Origin: Candidatus Latescibacterota bacterium
GTDB taxonomy: Bacteria > Latescibacterota > UBA2968
DNA length: 64,000 nucleotides
Reading direction: 5' to 3'
Assembly: GCA_965198115.1 (NCBI GenBank)
Contig: OZ240241.1
Coordinates: forward strand, 3,328,001 to 3,392,000
In this document: piece after piece, positions 33,203 through 43,500 of the stretch
Layout: each line of letters begins with the position of its first letter
How positions within the stretch are numbered: position 1 is the first letter of the stretch
Notes under the pieces: model-generated
What the model was told of the DNA's origin: nothing
The model's database searches: none
Seen by the model: only the letters and a program-made list of their open reading frames with translations
Made by a program: the position numbers and the translations under genes

Positions 33203-33940
33203 TTACTGCGTGTTCGTTTCGAGCCTGGTGATGATTGACACCAAGACGTTTTTGAGTGGATACGATGTTGGAAAATGGAATCGGATTCTTCGTGCGCTTT
33301 CAATGACTCTCGCGCCGATTTTGAGGAAACGGTTCTGTATCGTGTTGACCTGAGGTTTGGTCCACGCGGTGCCCTTGAGTCCCTGTGATCGGAGTGCGTG
33401 AAGCAAGGCGTATGCAGCACTGTGTAGAAAGAGTCGGAACTGGTTGGCTTCAAACTTGTGGCACGATGTTCGATCGGAGTGAAGGAATGTTTTGTGGTCC
33501 TTGATGAAGCCTTCCGTGCGTCCCCTTGCGCAGTAGATACGATCATAGATAAAGCCGTCTCGATTACTCTGTAAATTGGTCACGAGGTATCTTGGATTTG
33601 CTTCGCCGAGATCAGGACCGGAAAGAGGAAGCCGATCGCAGGCAGCCTTGACGCCCGGATCGTGGCGCAAATCATCACAATCGACGGCATCTTCATAGCC
33701 GCAAGCGATCTGAAAAACACGCTGCTTCACAAGATCCAAAAGCGTGTGATCGATATAGCTTGGGTGACGACGATCTCGCAAAGCATCTACCATTCTGGCG
33801 ATCAATCCCATCTGAGACTCAAGGGCGCGAAGCAACAGAACTCCACCGTCACTCCTGACGGCGCCACTGGCAAAATCAGCCTCAACTACCTTGCCCGAAA
33901 TGCTTGCGAATGGTAACCGGATCTGACTAGGTTCTATCAC
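33203..33940 (-). pseudogene. IS1380 transposase with in-frame internal deletion
   Basis: GPDLG is joined directly to EANPRY, removing the central DDE region present in copy 1. Confidence 0.85.
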
Positions 33941-34026
33941 GGTAGTTCCTTCCAAGTGTTGTTTTGATGTGTCAGCCCTAATGTAGGGAAAAACAAACAC
34001 TTGTACAAGGGGACTACCTTTTTTAT

Positions 34027-35446
34027 GGCTATATCCGGATCTCTCAACGAGCTGAAGTGGGTGAAGGTGCCGTGGTTCCTGGCATGGGGGCGCGGTTAGA
34101 GTGTGCGGAACCTCTTCGGAATCTGCTCAGGGATGTTTATGTCTCCGACGGTAAGGAAGATCATATCGTTGAATGCGTCGAGTGTGCGGAATCCGCTGGC
34201 TCGGTTCTTGACGATTTGGACGATTCGGTTGAGGCCTTCGGCGATGGCGTTGGTAAGACGCGTGTTCACGAATGCGAGGACGCCGAAGAAGTGCTGTCGC
34301 AGGGTCCTGACGAACTTTCGCAGGGGTTCACGTCGACTTCTGAGTGCGGACGTCGTCCAGCATTTCAGGAAGCGTTCGGCAGCCCAGGGCGCTTTGTATT
34401 CCCAGAACTGCTCGAACTCGTCCTTGAGTCTCCAGGCTCTATAGATTCGGTAGTTCGCCTTCTCCAGTGCTTTGAGTGTCCGAGTATCCCCTCTGGAGCG
34501 TGTCGCTGAGTGCCGGTAGAGGAGCCATCGGAGGCCCTTCATGGCTTTGCGCTCATCCGGGGCAGCTTCACGCCACTGGTCCTTACGGACCTCGTCAACG
34601 GCGGCATTGAGAGCCTTGACGATGTGAAAGCGATCGAGGACCAGCTTGGCATTCGGACAGTGTTCCTGGATGGCTCCGATGTAAGCTTCGCTCATGTCGC
34701 AGCAGGCCCACTCGATCTTGGATCTCCGGTAGGGACTGAGAGCCTCTGTGAAGAACCGATCGATCGTTTTACGCGCCCTGCCGCGGCCAACCCACACCAC
34801 GCAGGAGCGGTCCAGATCGTAAACGAGCGTGGCGTACCTGTGACGCTTGGCGTAGGAGATCTCGTCGATCCCGATGGTTTTGAGCCCTCGGATACGATGA
34901 CCTTCACGAAGCCGCGTGATGGATCGGTGAAGGAGATCCGACAGCGTCGAGGCAGAGATGCGCAGTAACTCGGACGCCGCCTTCTGCGTCAAGGTCTGGC
35001 AGTAGCGCAGCATGGCATACTCGAAGCGATACGTCACCCGAGAGAACCGCTCCGCCCACGGAATCTCCTCGACCACACGACCGTGGGTAGGACACCGAAT
35101 CTCCCGAGGATGGTAGAGAAGCCAGACCCTCCACCCGCACACCGGAATGTCACGCCACCGACGCGGATGGGGCATTGTGCGGACGATTTTACCTCGACGG
35201 CCGCACTCCGGACAACAACAACCATTCTTATGGGGCTTTACGGCGATGACGAAGCAGCTTCTCCCCTCAAACCACCAGCTGACAACACGGAACCCCTTGA
35301 ATCTCAGCAGTTTCGATAGTAATCTGCTCCCGGTCATAGGTCGCACCCCCTTCGCTTTGATTGTCCTACACACACAACCAAGCGTAGGGAACGATCTATG
35401 ACCTTGTCATTCTATAGTTTCACCGTTGAGAAACCCGGATAGAGCC
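34027..35446 (-). mobile_element. ISL3-family element (copy 2)
   Basis: Same IRs as copy 1; 8-bp TSD TTTTTTAT inside the IS1380 end. Confidence 0.95.
34096..35373 (-). CDS. ISL3-family transposase
   Basis: Near-identical to 20387-21664. Confidence 0.95.
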   Translation of the reverse strand: MCRTIKAKGVRPMTGSRLLSKLLRFKGFRVVSWWFEGRSCFVIAVKPHKNGCCCPECGRRGKIVRTMPHPRRWRDIPVCGWRVWLLYHPREIRCPTHGRVVEEIPWAERFSRVTYRFEYAMLRYCQTLTQKAASELLRISASTLSDLLHRSITRLREGHRIRGLKTIGIDEISYAKRHRYATLVYDLDRSCVVWVGRGRARKTIDRFFTEALSPYRRSKIEWACCDMSEAYIGAIQEHCPNAKLVLDRFHIVKALNAAVDEVRKDQWREAAPDERKAMKGLRWLLYRHSATRSRGDTRTLKALEKANYRIYRAWRLKDEFEQFWEYKAPWAAERFLKCWTTSALRSRREPLRKFVRTLRQHFFGVLAFVNTRLTNAIAEGLNRIVQIVKNRASGFRTLDAFNDMIFLTVGDINIPEQIPKRFRTL

Positions 35447-35470
35447 TTTTTTATGCATAATTCAGGCTAG

Positions 35471-37024
35471 GAGCCTGTCGGGTTACACCCGGAAGCTCGT
35501 TGAGATTAAGTCCAGCTGAGTCTGTCAGCGACCGGTTACCTTCGTTTTTTCCTTGAGCCGAGTTCCTCTTCGGGATCAGGTAGCCAATGAGAGTCGATAG
35601 AGTTTCAGAAGGTTGTGTGTGAGACAGATCAGGTTCCATTCTCTGATGACTTTGTGGATTCGGCGGAATGAGAATCGGGTGAAGTTCCGAACGGATTTGA
35701 TCTGTCCAAACACGGGTTCGATGATCTGTTTTCTTTTCCAGTAGGTGCAGCGACCTTTCTGTGTGAGAAGCTTTCTCGCCATTTTGTCTTTCGTCGTTGC
35801 GCCCTTGGGGATCCGTCCCCTGGGGCAGGTCGCGATGGGCGTTCCATGTTTCTGTTTTGTCGTCGCCACATAGAGGTCGACGCCATCTGATTGAACCTGA
35901 TCGACCTGACTTTGGTTGAAGTATCCGGTGTCGGCAGTGAGGTGCTTGGGTGTCGTGCCGCCCATATTCGCTCTGATCTGGTTGACCATAGGTGTCATCT
36001 GGTTCTTGTCATCAGCTTCTTGGGTGACGTCGGCAGCAACGACAATCTGGGCCTTGTCATCCACAGCAGCTTGGCAGTTGTAGGCTTGAAGGAATTGGCC
36101 CCCTGAGACCATGATCCGTGAGTCGGGATCGGTGAAGTTCAGTTGTTCCTTTCAGTCGGGCTCTTTCGATGGAGGCTTGGGCTTACGTCCACGACCGCCG
36201 CGGCGCTCCCGGGCCTTTACCTTCTCTTCATACGCTGCCTGCTTCTCAGGAAACTCAGCCTCCGCTTCGGCTTCGATCTCGGCTATTGCGTCGCGGATTA
36301 CTTTGAGTCGAGTCTCCCGGTGCTGCAACTCCTCGGGCAACTCGTCGCCGCGGTTGTCCTTTCCGTAGAGTTCGTCTTCGGCCGCGTCAGTGGCTTCGGC
36401 CTCGGTCAAGAGTCTGCGCACTTCGGCCTCGATCTCGGCTTCTTTCTTCTTCATCCGGCCGTAGCTCATCGCTTTGTGTTTTGAGGCATTTGCTTTGACT
36501 TTCGTGCCATCCAACGCCACGTGTCCCAGCTTCACCAGACCTGCCTTCACGCAGAGACACAGCACTTGCCTGAACAGACCTGAGAGGGCATCCAGATGCC
36601 GTTGACGAAAGGTCGATATCGTGTCGTGATCAGGATGCTGATCCAGGCTGAGCACACGGAAAGCAACCGAGTCATAGGTCGCACGCTCGATCTTGCGGGA
36701 ACTCCTGATGCCTTCACAGTAACCATACAGCAGTAGGCTCACCATCATCCGGGGATCATACGGTGGCTGGCCACCTTGAGACCCATCGTAGGTCTCGTAG
36801 ATCGCGGACAAATCAAGTTGTCCGACGATATCCAGAATGAAGTAGGTCGGATGACCCTTGGGAAGCCAACTCCGGAGATCCGGAGGCAGCAACATCAACT
36901 GAGCCGGATTGTAGACACGAAACCGAGTAGAAGTGCTCAACGGAAACCTCCAATTCAGAGTCGGAACCTTGATCGCACTTCTACAATACGAAATCTTCCT
37001 CCGGCTGGGTACTCCGACAGGCTC
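35471..37024 (-). mobile_element. IS1182-family element
   Basis: IRs GAGCCTGTCGG / CCGACAGGCTC with CTAG on both sides. Confidence 0.9.
35576..36940 (-). CDS. IS1182-family transposase, frameshift ~36150
   Basis: YDPRMM..LLLYGY..GIRSSRKIE, PDHDTI, LDGTKVKANAS, YNCQAAVD, ADTGY, IEPVFGQIK. Confidence 0.9.
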
Positions 37025-37037
37025 CTAGCATCGACAT

Positions 37038-37889
37038 TTAAATTCTCTCGATACTTGCGCGTTTCGGAAGTGCGGCCTGGAACTCCGCCACACTCTTGAA
37101 CGGGTCCTTCAACGCGTGCGTGGAGTGAACGGGCTCCGCCTGACGATATCGGACGTGAACCGCCCGCCGGATCCGCTCCGTCTTCCGGATCGTCGCGCAG
37201 TGCCAGCTTGCGTTGTTGAACAGAAGACCGGATCCCGCTTTCGCGTGTACGTCGACCCGACCGATCCGGCGCGGGAACTCGCGACCGAACGCGTCCGGCC
37301 ACAGCGGCTTGTCAGGATCCACATAGCTCGTGCGCGCATCGTCGATTCGCAGAACCCCTTCGGTCGTTTTGGGCAGCGTTCGTTTCGTCTCGGCGCTCTC
37401 CGGAATCACGCTCGTGCAGTGCGTCGTCTCGTCCACGTCATCCAGATAGTAGATAATCTGAATCGACGGCGCGAAGTACAAGTTCCTGTCGGCGCCCTCT
37501 ACGGTGCCGCTGTCCTCCCGATGCCACTGTCGCGACAGGGCGAGCGGATCGCCCCCGTCAATATCCTCCGGCGGGTCGGCCAGACACGGTTCACGACGCA
37601 TAAAGGTCAACCCGGAGCACAGACAGCCCTCGCCCAGGATCGCCTTTACAAGCGGGATCGCCGACGGATGATGGATCACACCATCCAACGCTTGAGTCCG
37701 ATGCATCAGCCCGGGGGCGTCGTTACTCACCGCATCGAAGCCCGGACGAGGCCTCATCACCCACTCCTCCGGATGTGTGGCCCTGTCCGAGTCGATCCCG
37801 TCGTTCACCCGTGCGATTTCCTCGGGCGACAACGCCTCGTGCAGGACGACATAGCCGTTTTCCTTGAAATGATCGAGATATTCGTCCAT
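37038..37889 (-). CDS. PhyH-family Fe(II)/2OG enzyme, paralog 3
   Basis: FKENGYVVL, WHRED, WHCA; highly similar to paralog 2. Confidence 0.85.
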   Translation of the reverse strand: MDEYLDHFKENGYVVLHEALSPEEIARVNDGIDSDRATHPEEWVMRPRPGFDAVSNDAPGLMHRTQALDGVIHHPSAIPLVKAILGEGCLCSGLTFMRREPCLADPPEDIDGGDPLALSRQWHREDSGTVEGADRNLYFAPSIQIIYYLDDVDETTHCTSVIPESAETKRTLPKTTEGVLRIDDARTSYVDPDKPLWPDAFGREFPRRIGRVDVHAKAGSGLLFNNASWHCATIRKTERIRRAVHVRYRQAEPVHSTHALKDPFKSVAEFQAALPKRASIERI

Positions 37890-38051
37890 CCTACCGCTCC
37901 TTGGCGTGCCTGAATATGCGGGAAGCTAACCACCAAGACTCTAAGACACCAAGATTTTCGGGGTGTGCCACTTCCCCAATTGAAGATTTTCGGGTGCCAC
38001 GCGTCCAGGTTTTTTCGTGTTTTTCGTGTATTTCGTGGTTAGGCTTTTCCT

Positions 38052-39032
38052 ATGAACCGTTACGAAACCCTCCGCCGACGCATCGCCGGTCCGATGGTCC
38101 CCCTCCCCATCCTCTACTGCGACAACCTCTCTGTCGACCACGCGGGCATCGCACGCTACGTCACCTGGCTGCTCGACGCGGGAATGACCAATACCTGCCT
38201 CACTTACGCCTACAGCCAGATCGGCTACGTCAGCGAAGAAGAGCCGATCGACATCACGCGAACGATCGCAGACGTCATCGGCGATCGGGCGGTTTTCATC
38301 GCCTGCTCGCACATCGACACGACCGAGAACACAGCTGCCCTCATCCAACAGATCAAGGAACTGGGTGCCCACGCCGTCTTCGCGATGCCCGAGCAGGATG
38401 GATGGCCAGCCGAGCAATACGGACCCCACCTCTCCACGATCGCCGAAACAGCTGACTTTCCGCTCCTGCTTGTGAACAACATCTCCCCAACCGATGCCGC
38501 GTCACCCATCTTCTCGATCGATGCGTACGAAGGCTTGCTCGAGCACGACGCCATCGTCGGTCTGAAGGAAGACTTCAACAACGTCCCCTATCGCCTGGAC
38601 CTCATCCGCGAATACGGCGAACGTCTCTGCATCATCGGCGGCGGTGTCCAGCGCAACTACCTCTTCTTCCACCACCATCCGCAGCAGGGCGAGTTGTTCG
38701 GCCAGTTCAGCCCGGCCACGGCGCACCGGTTCGTCGCGATGCTCGACGAAGAGCGGATGCGGGAGGCCATCGACTTCATAGCCCGTCGAGATCTTGCGTT
38801 GCGCGAAAGTCTTCTCGACCTCAACTGGCTCGCGCGGAATCAGGTCTATATGTATCAGATGGGATTCGCGGAGAGTTGGAAGCTTCGCCCCCCGCTCGAG
38901 TCTGCAACCGAGGCGCAAGTCTCGGAGGTCATTGCGGTGATGAAGGGGTATCCGGATGTGTTTACGGAGTTATGCGACTCACGTAGACACCATCCGGAGC
39001 GAGACGGAATCCGGTTCCCCGACGGCACGTAG
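38052..39032 (+). CDS. Dihydrodipicolinate synthase / NAL-family aldolase-like protein
   Basis: SVDHAGIARYVTWLLDAG, ELGAHAVFAMP, Schiff-base lysine motif IVGLKED. Confidence 0.75.
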   Translation: MNRYETLRRRIAGPMVPLPILYCDNLSVDHAGIARYVTWLLDAGMTNTCLTYAYSQIGYVSEEEPIDITRTIADVIGDRAVFIACSHIDTTENTAALIQQIKELGAHAVFAMPEQDGWPAEQYGPHLSTIAETADFPLLLVNNISPTDAASPIFSIDAYEGLLEHDAIVGLKEDFNNVPYRLDLIREYGERLCIIGGGVQRNYLFFHHHPQQGELFGQFSPATAHRFVAMLDEERMREAIDFIARRDLALRESLLDLNWLARNQVYMYQMGFAESWKLRPPLESATEAQVSEVIAVMKGYPDVFTELCDSRRHHPERDGIRFPDGT

Positions 39033-39757
39033 GGCTGAAGCCCGACGCTGGAAACACAAAGCCGGCTAAAGCCGGCTATTCCAACCCCGGAAATCGGGAG
39101 AGCTCGAACCCTGTCCGCACCAGCGATTCGCTCGTCTACCTACGTGGCTACGACTACTACAACATCAACTTCTGGCAGAAGCTCAGACGATTCCAATTCG
39201 GAATCGTCGACGACCCCTTCTGAGTACAGCAAGCGTTTCCTTCCACGGATTTATTTTTACCAGGGATTCGTCCCACTCGAACATTGCGTAGCGGCCCAAA
39301 ATAGACCCGGCCAAGAAGCGAACCGGGGTGACAATCGTTGTTCGTTGGTGATGCGCGAAGCGAGAACTCCCAGTAAATCGACCTGCAGATCCTCCTCCTC
39401 CCTTAGCCGCTATCCTCGATCCCGATTCACCCACCGAACCCAACCTCCGTGTTCTCAGTCGTATGTTTTTCGTCTTTTTTTTGAACCGCGCTCCATCGGC
39501 CGGTGTCCTGACAGGTGAACGCCCAGAAAACGCGCGTGTAACCACCTCTCAGGAAGGAGCGTCCAATGTAACCCACGACGCCGGTATCAAGTAGCGATGG
39601 GGTTTTTTGGTGACGTGACAAAAACGTGTAGGCTTCTTGAGTACGTCGCACTTCGACGGAGTTCATCCTGAGCGCAGTCGAAGGGCTCAGTGTGACGTAT
39701 CCATCCTCGGTGTAATCTGTGTGTTCTGTGGTTCCACCCCGTCTTTCAAGGACATCG

Positions 39758-40342
39758 ATGACCGACGAAGACCTCCTCACCGCCATCGCAAAGCAAGATG
39801 CTGATGCCTTCGGGGAGTTCTTCAACCGCTTCGAGCCTCAAGTGATCCGTCACCTGACGCGTATCGTCAGAGATCCGGCAACCGCCGACGATCTGACTCA
39901 AGACGTCTTTTTCCGGGTCTGGGCGCGCGCTGGGCAGTGGTCGGGGCGAGGCAGCGCGCGGAGTTGGCTGCTCACGATCGCCACAAATCTGGCCCTCAAC
40001 CACTTACGCACCGTTAAACGCCGCCGCGAGCAGCCTCTCGACCCTGGACCCGATCCTTACGCCGAAGGCGACGGGACCCACGCCCCCAGCTGGATGATCG
40101 ACGAAGCCGCCGTCGGCGCGGATGAGCAATACGAACAGACCGAGCGACGGCAGTTGCTCAACGGCCTCGTCGACGAGCTGCCCGAAGACAAGCGCGAGGT
40201 CTTACGCCTCGTCTACGACGCCGAAATGGATGTAAGGGATGTCGCCGACCACCTCGGCATCCCAGAAGGCACCGTAAAATCCCGAATGCACCACGCGCGA
40301 CGACGACTGGCCGATCGATGGCGCAACATCGAAAAACCCTGA
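39758..40342 (+). CDS. ECF-type RNA polymerase sigma-70 factor
   Basis: Region 2 ADDLTQDVFFRVW...SWLLTIATNLALNHLR; region 4 LPEDKREVL...VADHLGIPEGTVKSRMHHAR; AAGGA SD. Confidence 0.93.
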   Translation: MTDEDLLTAIAKQDADAFGEFFNRFEPQVIRHLTRIVRDPATADDLTQDVFFRVWARAGQWSGRGSARSWLLTIATNLALNHLRTVKRRREQPLDPGPDPYAEGDGTHAPSWMIDEAAVGADEQYEQTERRQLLNGLVDELPEDKREVLRLVYDAEMDVRDVADHLGIPEGTVKSRMHHARRRLADRWRNIEKP

Positions 40343-40458
40343 ACCACCCTTCGACTACGCTCAGGACAAGCTCCGACACCAAGACACGAAGAAAACCGGA
40401 AGGAAAGGCATGAGCCCCCACTCAGCTTGCGGACATAACCCCCACCTTCTGGGTGAAT

Positions 40459-40511
40459 CAGCCCACTTCAGTGGGCTTCGCTAAAGTTGCGTGGGACTTC
40501 AGTCCCACGCG
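40459..40511. repeat. REP-like double palindrome between the sigma and polymerase genes
   Basis: AGCCCACTTCAGTGGGCT...GCGTGGGACTTCAGTCCCACGC; related units at ~9745-9795 and ~39030-39078. Confidence 0.6.
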
Positions 40512-40575
40512 GCTTGGCCGATTACCGACACTTCGACTCGCGCTCAGTGTGACGGTATGTCGGCCTTCCTGAACT

Positions 40576-43500
40576 ATGAACACTCTCAATGAGGTGCGAA
40601 TGACAATCACTCCTGCAACACCCTGGCACAACACCTCCTACCAGACCTTCATCTCGAGCACGCTGCCCGACCTGTTGGCCGATCGTGTCCCGCTCGATGG
40701 CTACAGCGTCAACCGGGTCGACGACTACAACGTCAACGTCGAACTGTCGCTCAGGACGAAGGGCGGCTCGATCGATCTGTCGTTCGCTGACGTGCCGGCC
40801 CCGGATGAACACGGCCTGTTCTTTGTGGACGGACAACAGGAGAAAAATGGCGGCTACCGCGTTGTCGTTCCGTATCCCGACGGGTTCGACCTCACAAAGG
40901 CGAACATCCTGTGCGTCGGCGAACAGTTGGCCGAATTCGTGGAGGCACGACTGGGGGATGCGCCGAACGATCTCGACTGGGATCAGAAGCTGGCGGAAGC
41001 CTGGCTGCCGGTCACCGGCTGGCTGGACACGTTCCTTCGGACCCAGCCCACGTCCCAATTTATCCAGAGCACGAACTGGCTGGACCGCACAACGCATCTT
41101 CGTCGCATCACGCTCGTCCCGATCGCCTTCGCCGAGGGTCCGTCGGAGAAGACGCACATCATACCCTCACTCCCCACGAGATCGCACTACCTGATGTCGC
41201 CCGAAGACGCGGCGGCGGGCTCGAAGCGTGGGTTGACCTGTCCCATCATCCAGCCCGAAGGCCCGAATATGGGTTGGATCTTCGAAGTCGCCCGGGGCGC
41301 GGAGATCAGGGACGGACGGCTCGTCCGCATCGAAGGGGCAGATCCCGCGGACGCGTCCCTCAACGTCGGCTGGAGCGGCTCGATGATTCCCTTCATCGAG
41401 CACACCGACTCCGCCCGCTTGCTAATGGGCGCGAATATGATGCGTCAGTGGATTGCTCCGAGGAACACGGCTGGTCTCCCGTCCGTCCAAACTGCGCAGA
41501 CCTATCCCGAAGATCTCGTCGACGCGCTCTCGAATCCACCCGGCCCGACACCCGAACCTGCGCTCGTCCAGACGGGAACGGAGCCGGATGACGCCGACTA
41601 CTGGGCGGGCTATAACCTGCTGACTGCCTTCACGATGTGGGACGGTGACACGTTCGAGGACGGCGTCGTCTTGTCCGAGTCCGCGGCGGCAAGGATGGCC
41701 TTCCCAGCCGACGTCGATCTCGGTGATAAGTTGAGCACGCGTCACGGCTTCAAGGGCGTCGTGTCCCGTATTCTACCCGACTCTGAAATGCCCGCGCTTC
41801 CCGACGGTACCGCGGTCGACACCATCATTTCGCCGACCAGTCTGATCTCGCGAGTCAACTTTGGTCAGCTGCGAGAAGCTGTGATGGGCCGCATCGCTCA
41901 CGCCGAAGGCCAGCCTGCGGTCGTGCCCGCCTACGAGGCACTGTCAATCGAAGACTTGAAGAGCCGGTTGAAAGGGGTGGGGCTGCCCGAGGATGGAATG
42001 GACCAACTGACACTCGGCGGAGAGGCGCTCCCGCACAGATCGACGGTGGGCTACGTCTACTGGGGGCGCCTCACGCATCTGTCACGGCACAAGCTGCGCG
42101 GTACGGACCACCTACTGGGGCCCGTGCTCTTCGGTGAGCGGCAATACTCAACGCTGAAAGGTCTCAAAGCCTACGCCACGATCGGCGATCTGCTACGACG
42201 CGCAACGGAAGCAGGCAACACCGTCCCGACACTGGACAACGTCACGGCCAAACTCAACGAGGCCGGCATTGTCCTCGAGCGGAATGGAGAGGAAGTCACG
42301 TTCTCGACAAACGGCACGAAAGGCTATACCCTCGCCTCGCCGGTCCCTCACCCCTGGCATCCCGAGGTCGAACTGAGGGCCGTCAGCGAAGGCGAAGGCG
42401 ATCTCTACGACGACGTCGTCGCGGCGGACGAGCGGGTGCGTCGCCTCGACGACAACGCGCCCGCCCCGCTGAAGTCGGCGGCGATCGAGCGTCTTGCCGC
42501 GGCCGTCGGCGACTATCTGGACGCATCCCTCACACCGAGCGATCTAGAAATCGACGCGCGTGTGCCCGATAGCGGCCGTGCCGTCATCGTCCCCGGTGCC
42601 GAGCTCGCACTCGATCAGATCGGTGTCCCTCGCGAAATGGCGTGGACCCTGTTCGGTGAAGACGTCGCGTCGGAGCTAGGCGAGGACGCCGTCGAGAAGC
42701 GAACGAAGGCTGCTACGTCACGTCTGGAGGAAATCGCCAACTCCGCCCATCTCCTGATCCACAAGGGCGTCCACATCACAGCCACGTCTGTGCTCGCTGC
42801 GCGGCCCGTCCTCATCGACGATCCCGTTATCCGCATCCATCCGATGCACTGCGCGCTTCTGGATGCCGACTTCGACGGCGATCAGGTCGCCGTCACGCGG
42901 CTCAAGTCAGAAGACGCCGTTCGCGAATGTGTGGAACGACTTTCCATCGCCGGCCACCTGCGTCACACACCCGACGCGCTTCGAATCCTCATCGGACGGC
43001 CGCACGGAATCAACTGGGGCTTGACCCGGCTTGCCAGAACGGCTGACGGTCGGAAGAAGATGACAGACATAGCCGGCGAAGCGATCGGTGAGGATTACGG
43101 TGGTCGCCGGTCTTATCTCGCCCTGCTCGAGCGCATCTTCGAGCGGGAAGGCGACAACGACGAGGGCTTGGCTAGAACGTTCGCCATCTACGACGGCCTG
43201 ATGCGACTCGGGCTCCAGGCGTGCAAGGAATCGGGCGTCTCCATCAACCCGTTCCTCGGTGCCTCTCTCGATCTGCCCGCGCCACCGCAATCCGACGATC
43301 TCGAATTGATGCATATATACAAGGAAGAACTCATCGCCGCGCTCAATCAGCATTCGGATCCCGATGACGGCGATGTCGGCACCTTCAACAGCTTCCGGCT
43401 CACAGGAACACGCGGCAGCGATGGGCAATACGTCCTCTACTTCGGCGCCATCGGCCACGTCGAGGGCGTCAACGTTCGTCACGGCTACATCAAAGGCCTC

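Larger units (their letters stand above)
33010..35466 (-). mobile_element. IS1380-family element (copy 2), internally deleted and carrying a nested ISL3
   Basis: Same ends as copy 1; CTAG on both sides (33006-09, 35467-70). Confidence 0.9.
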
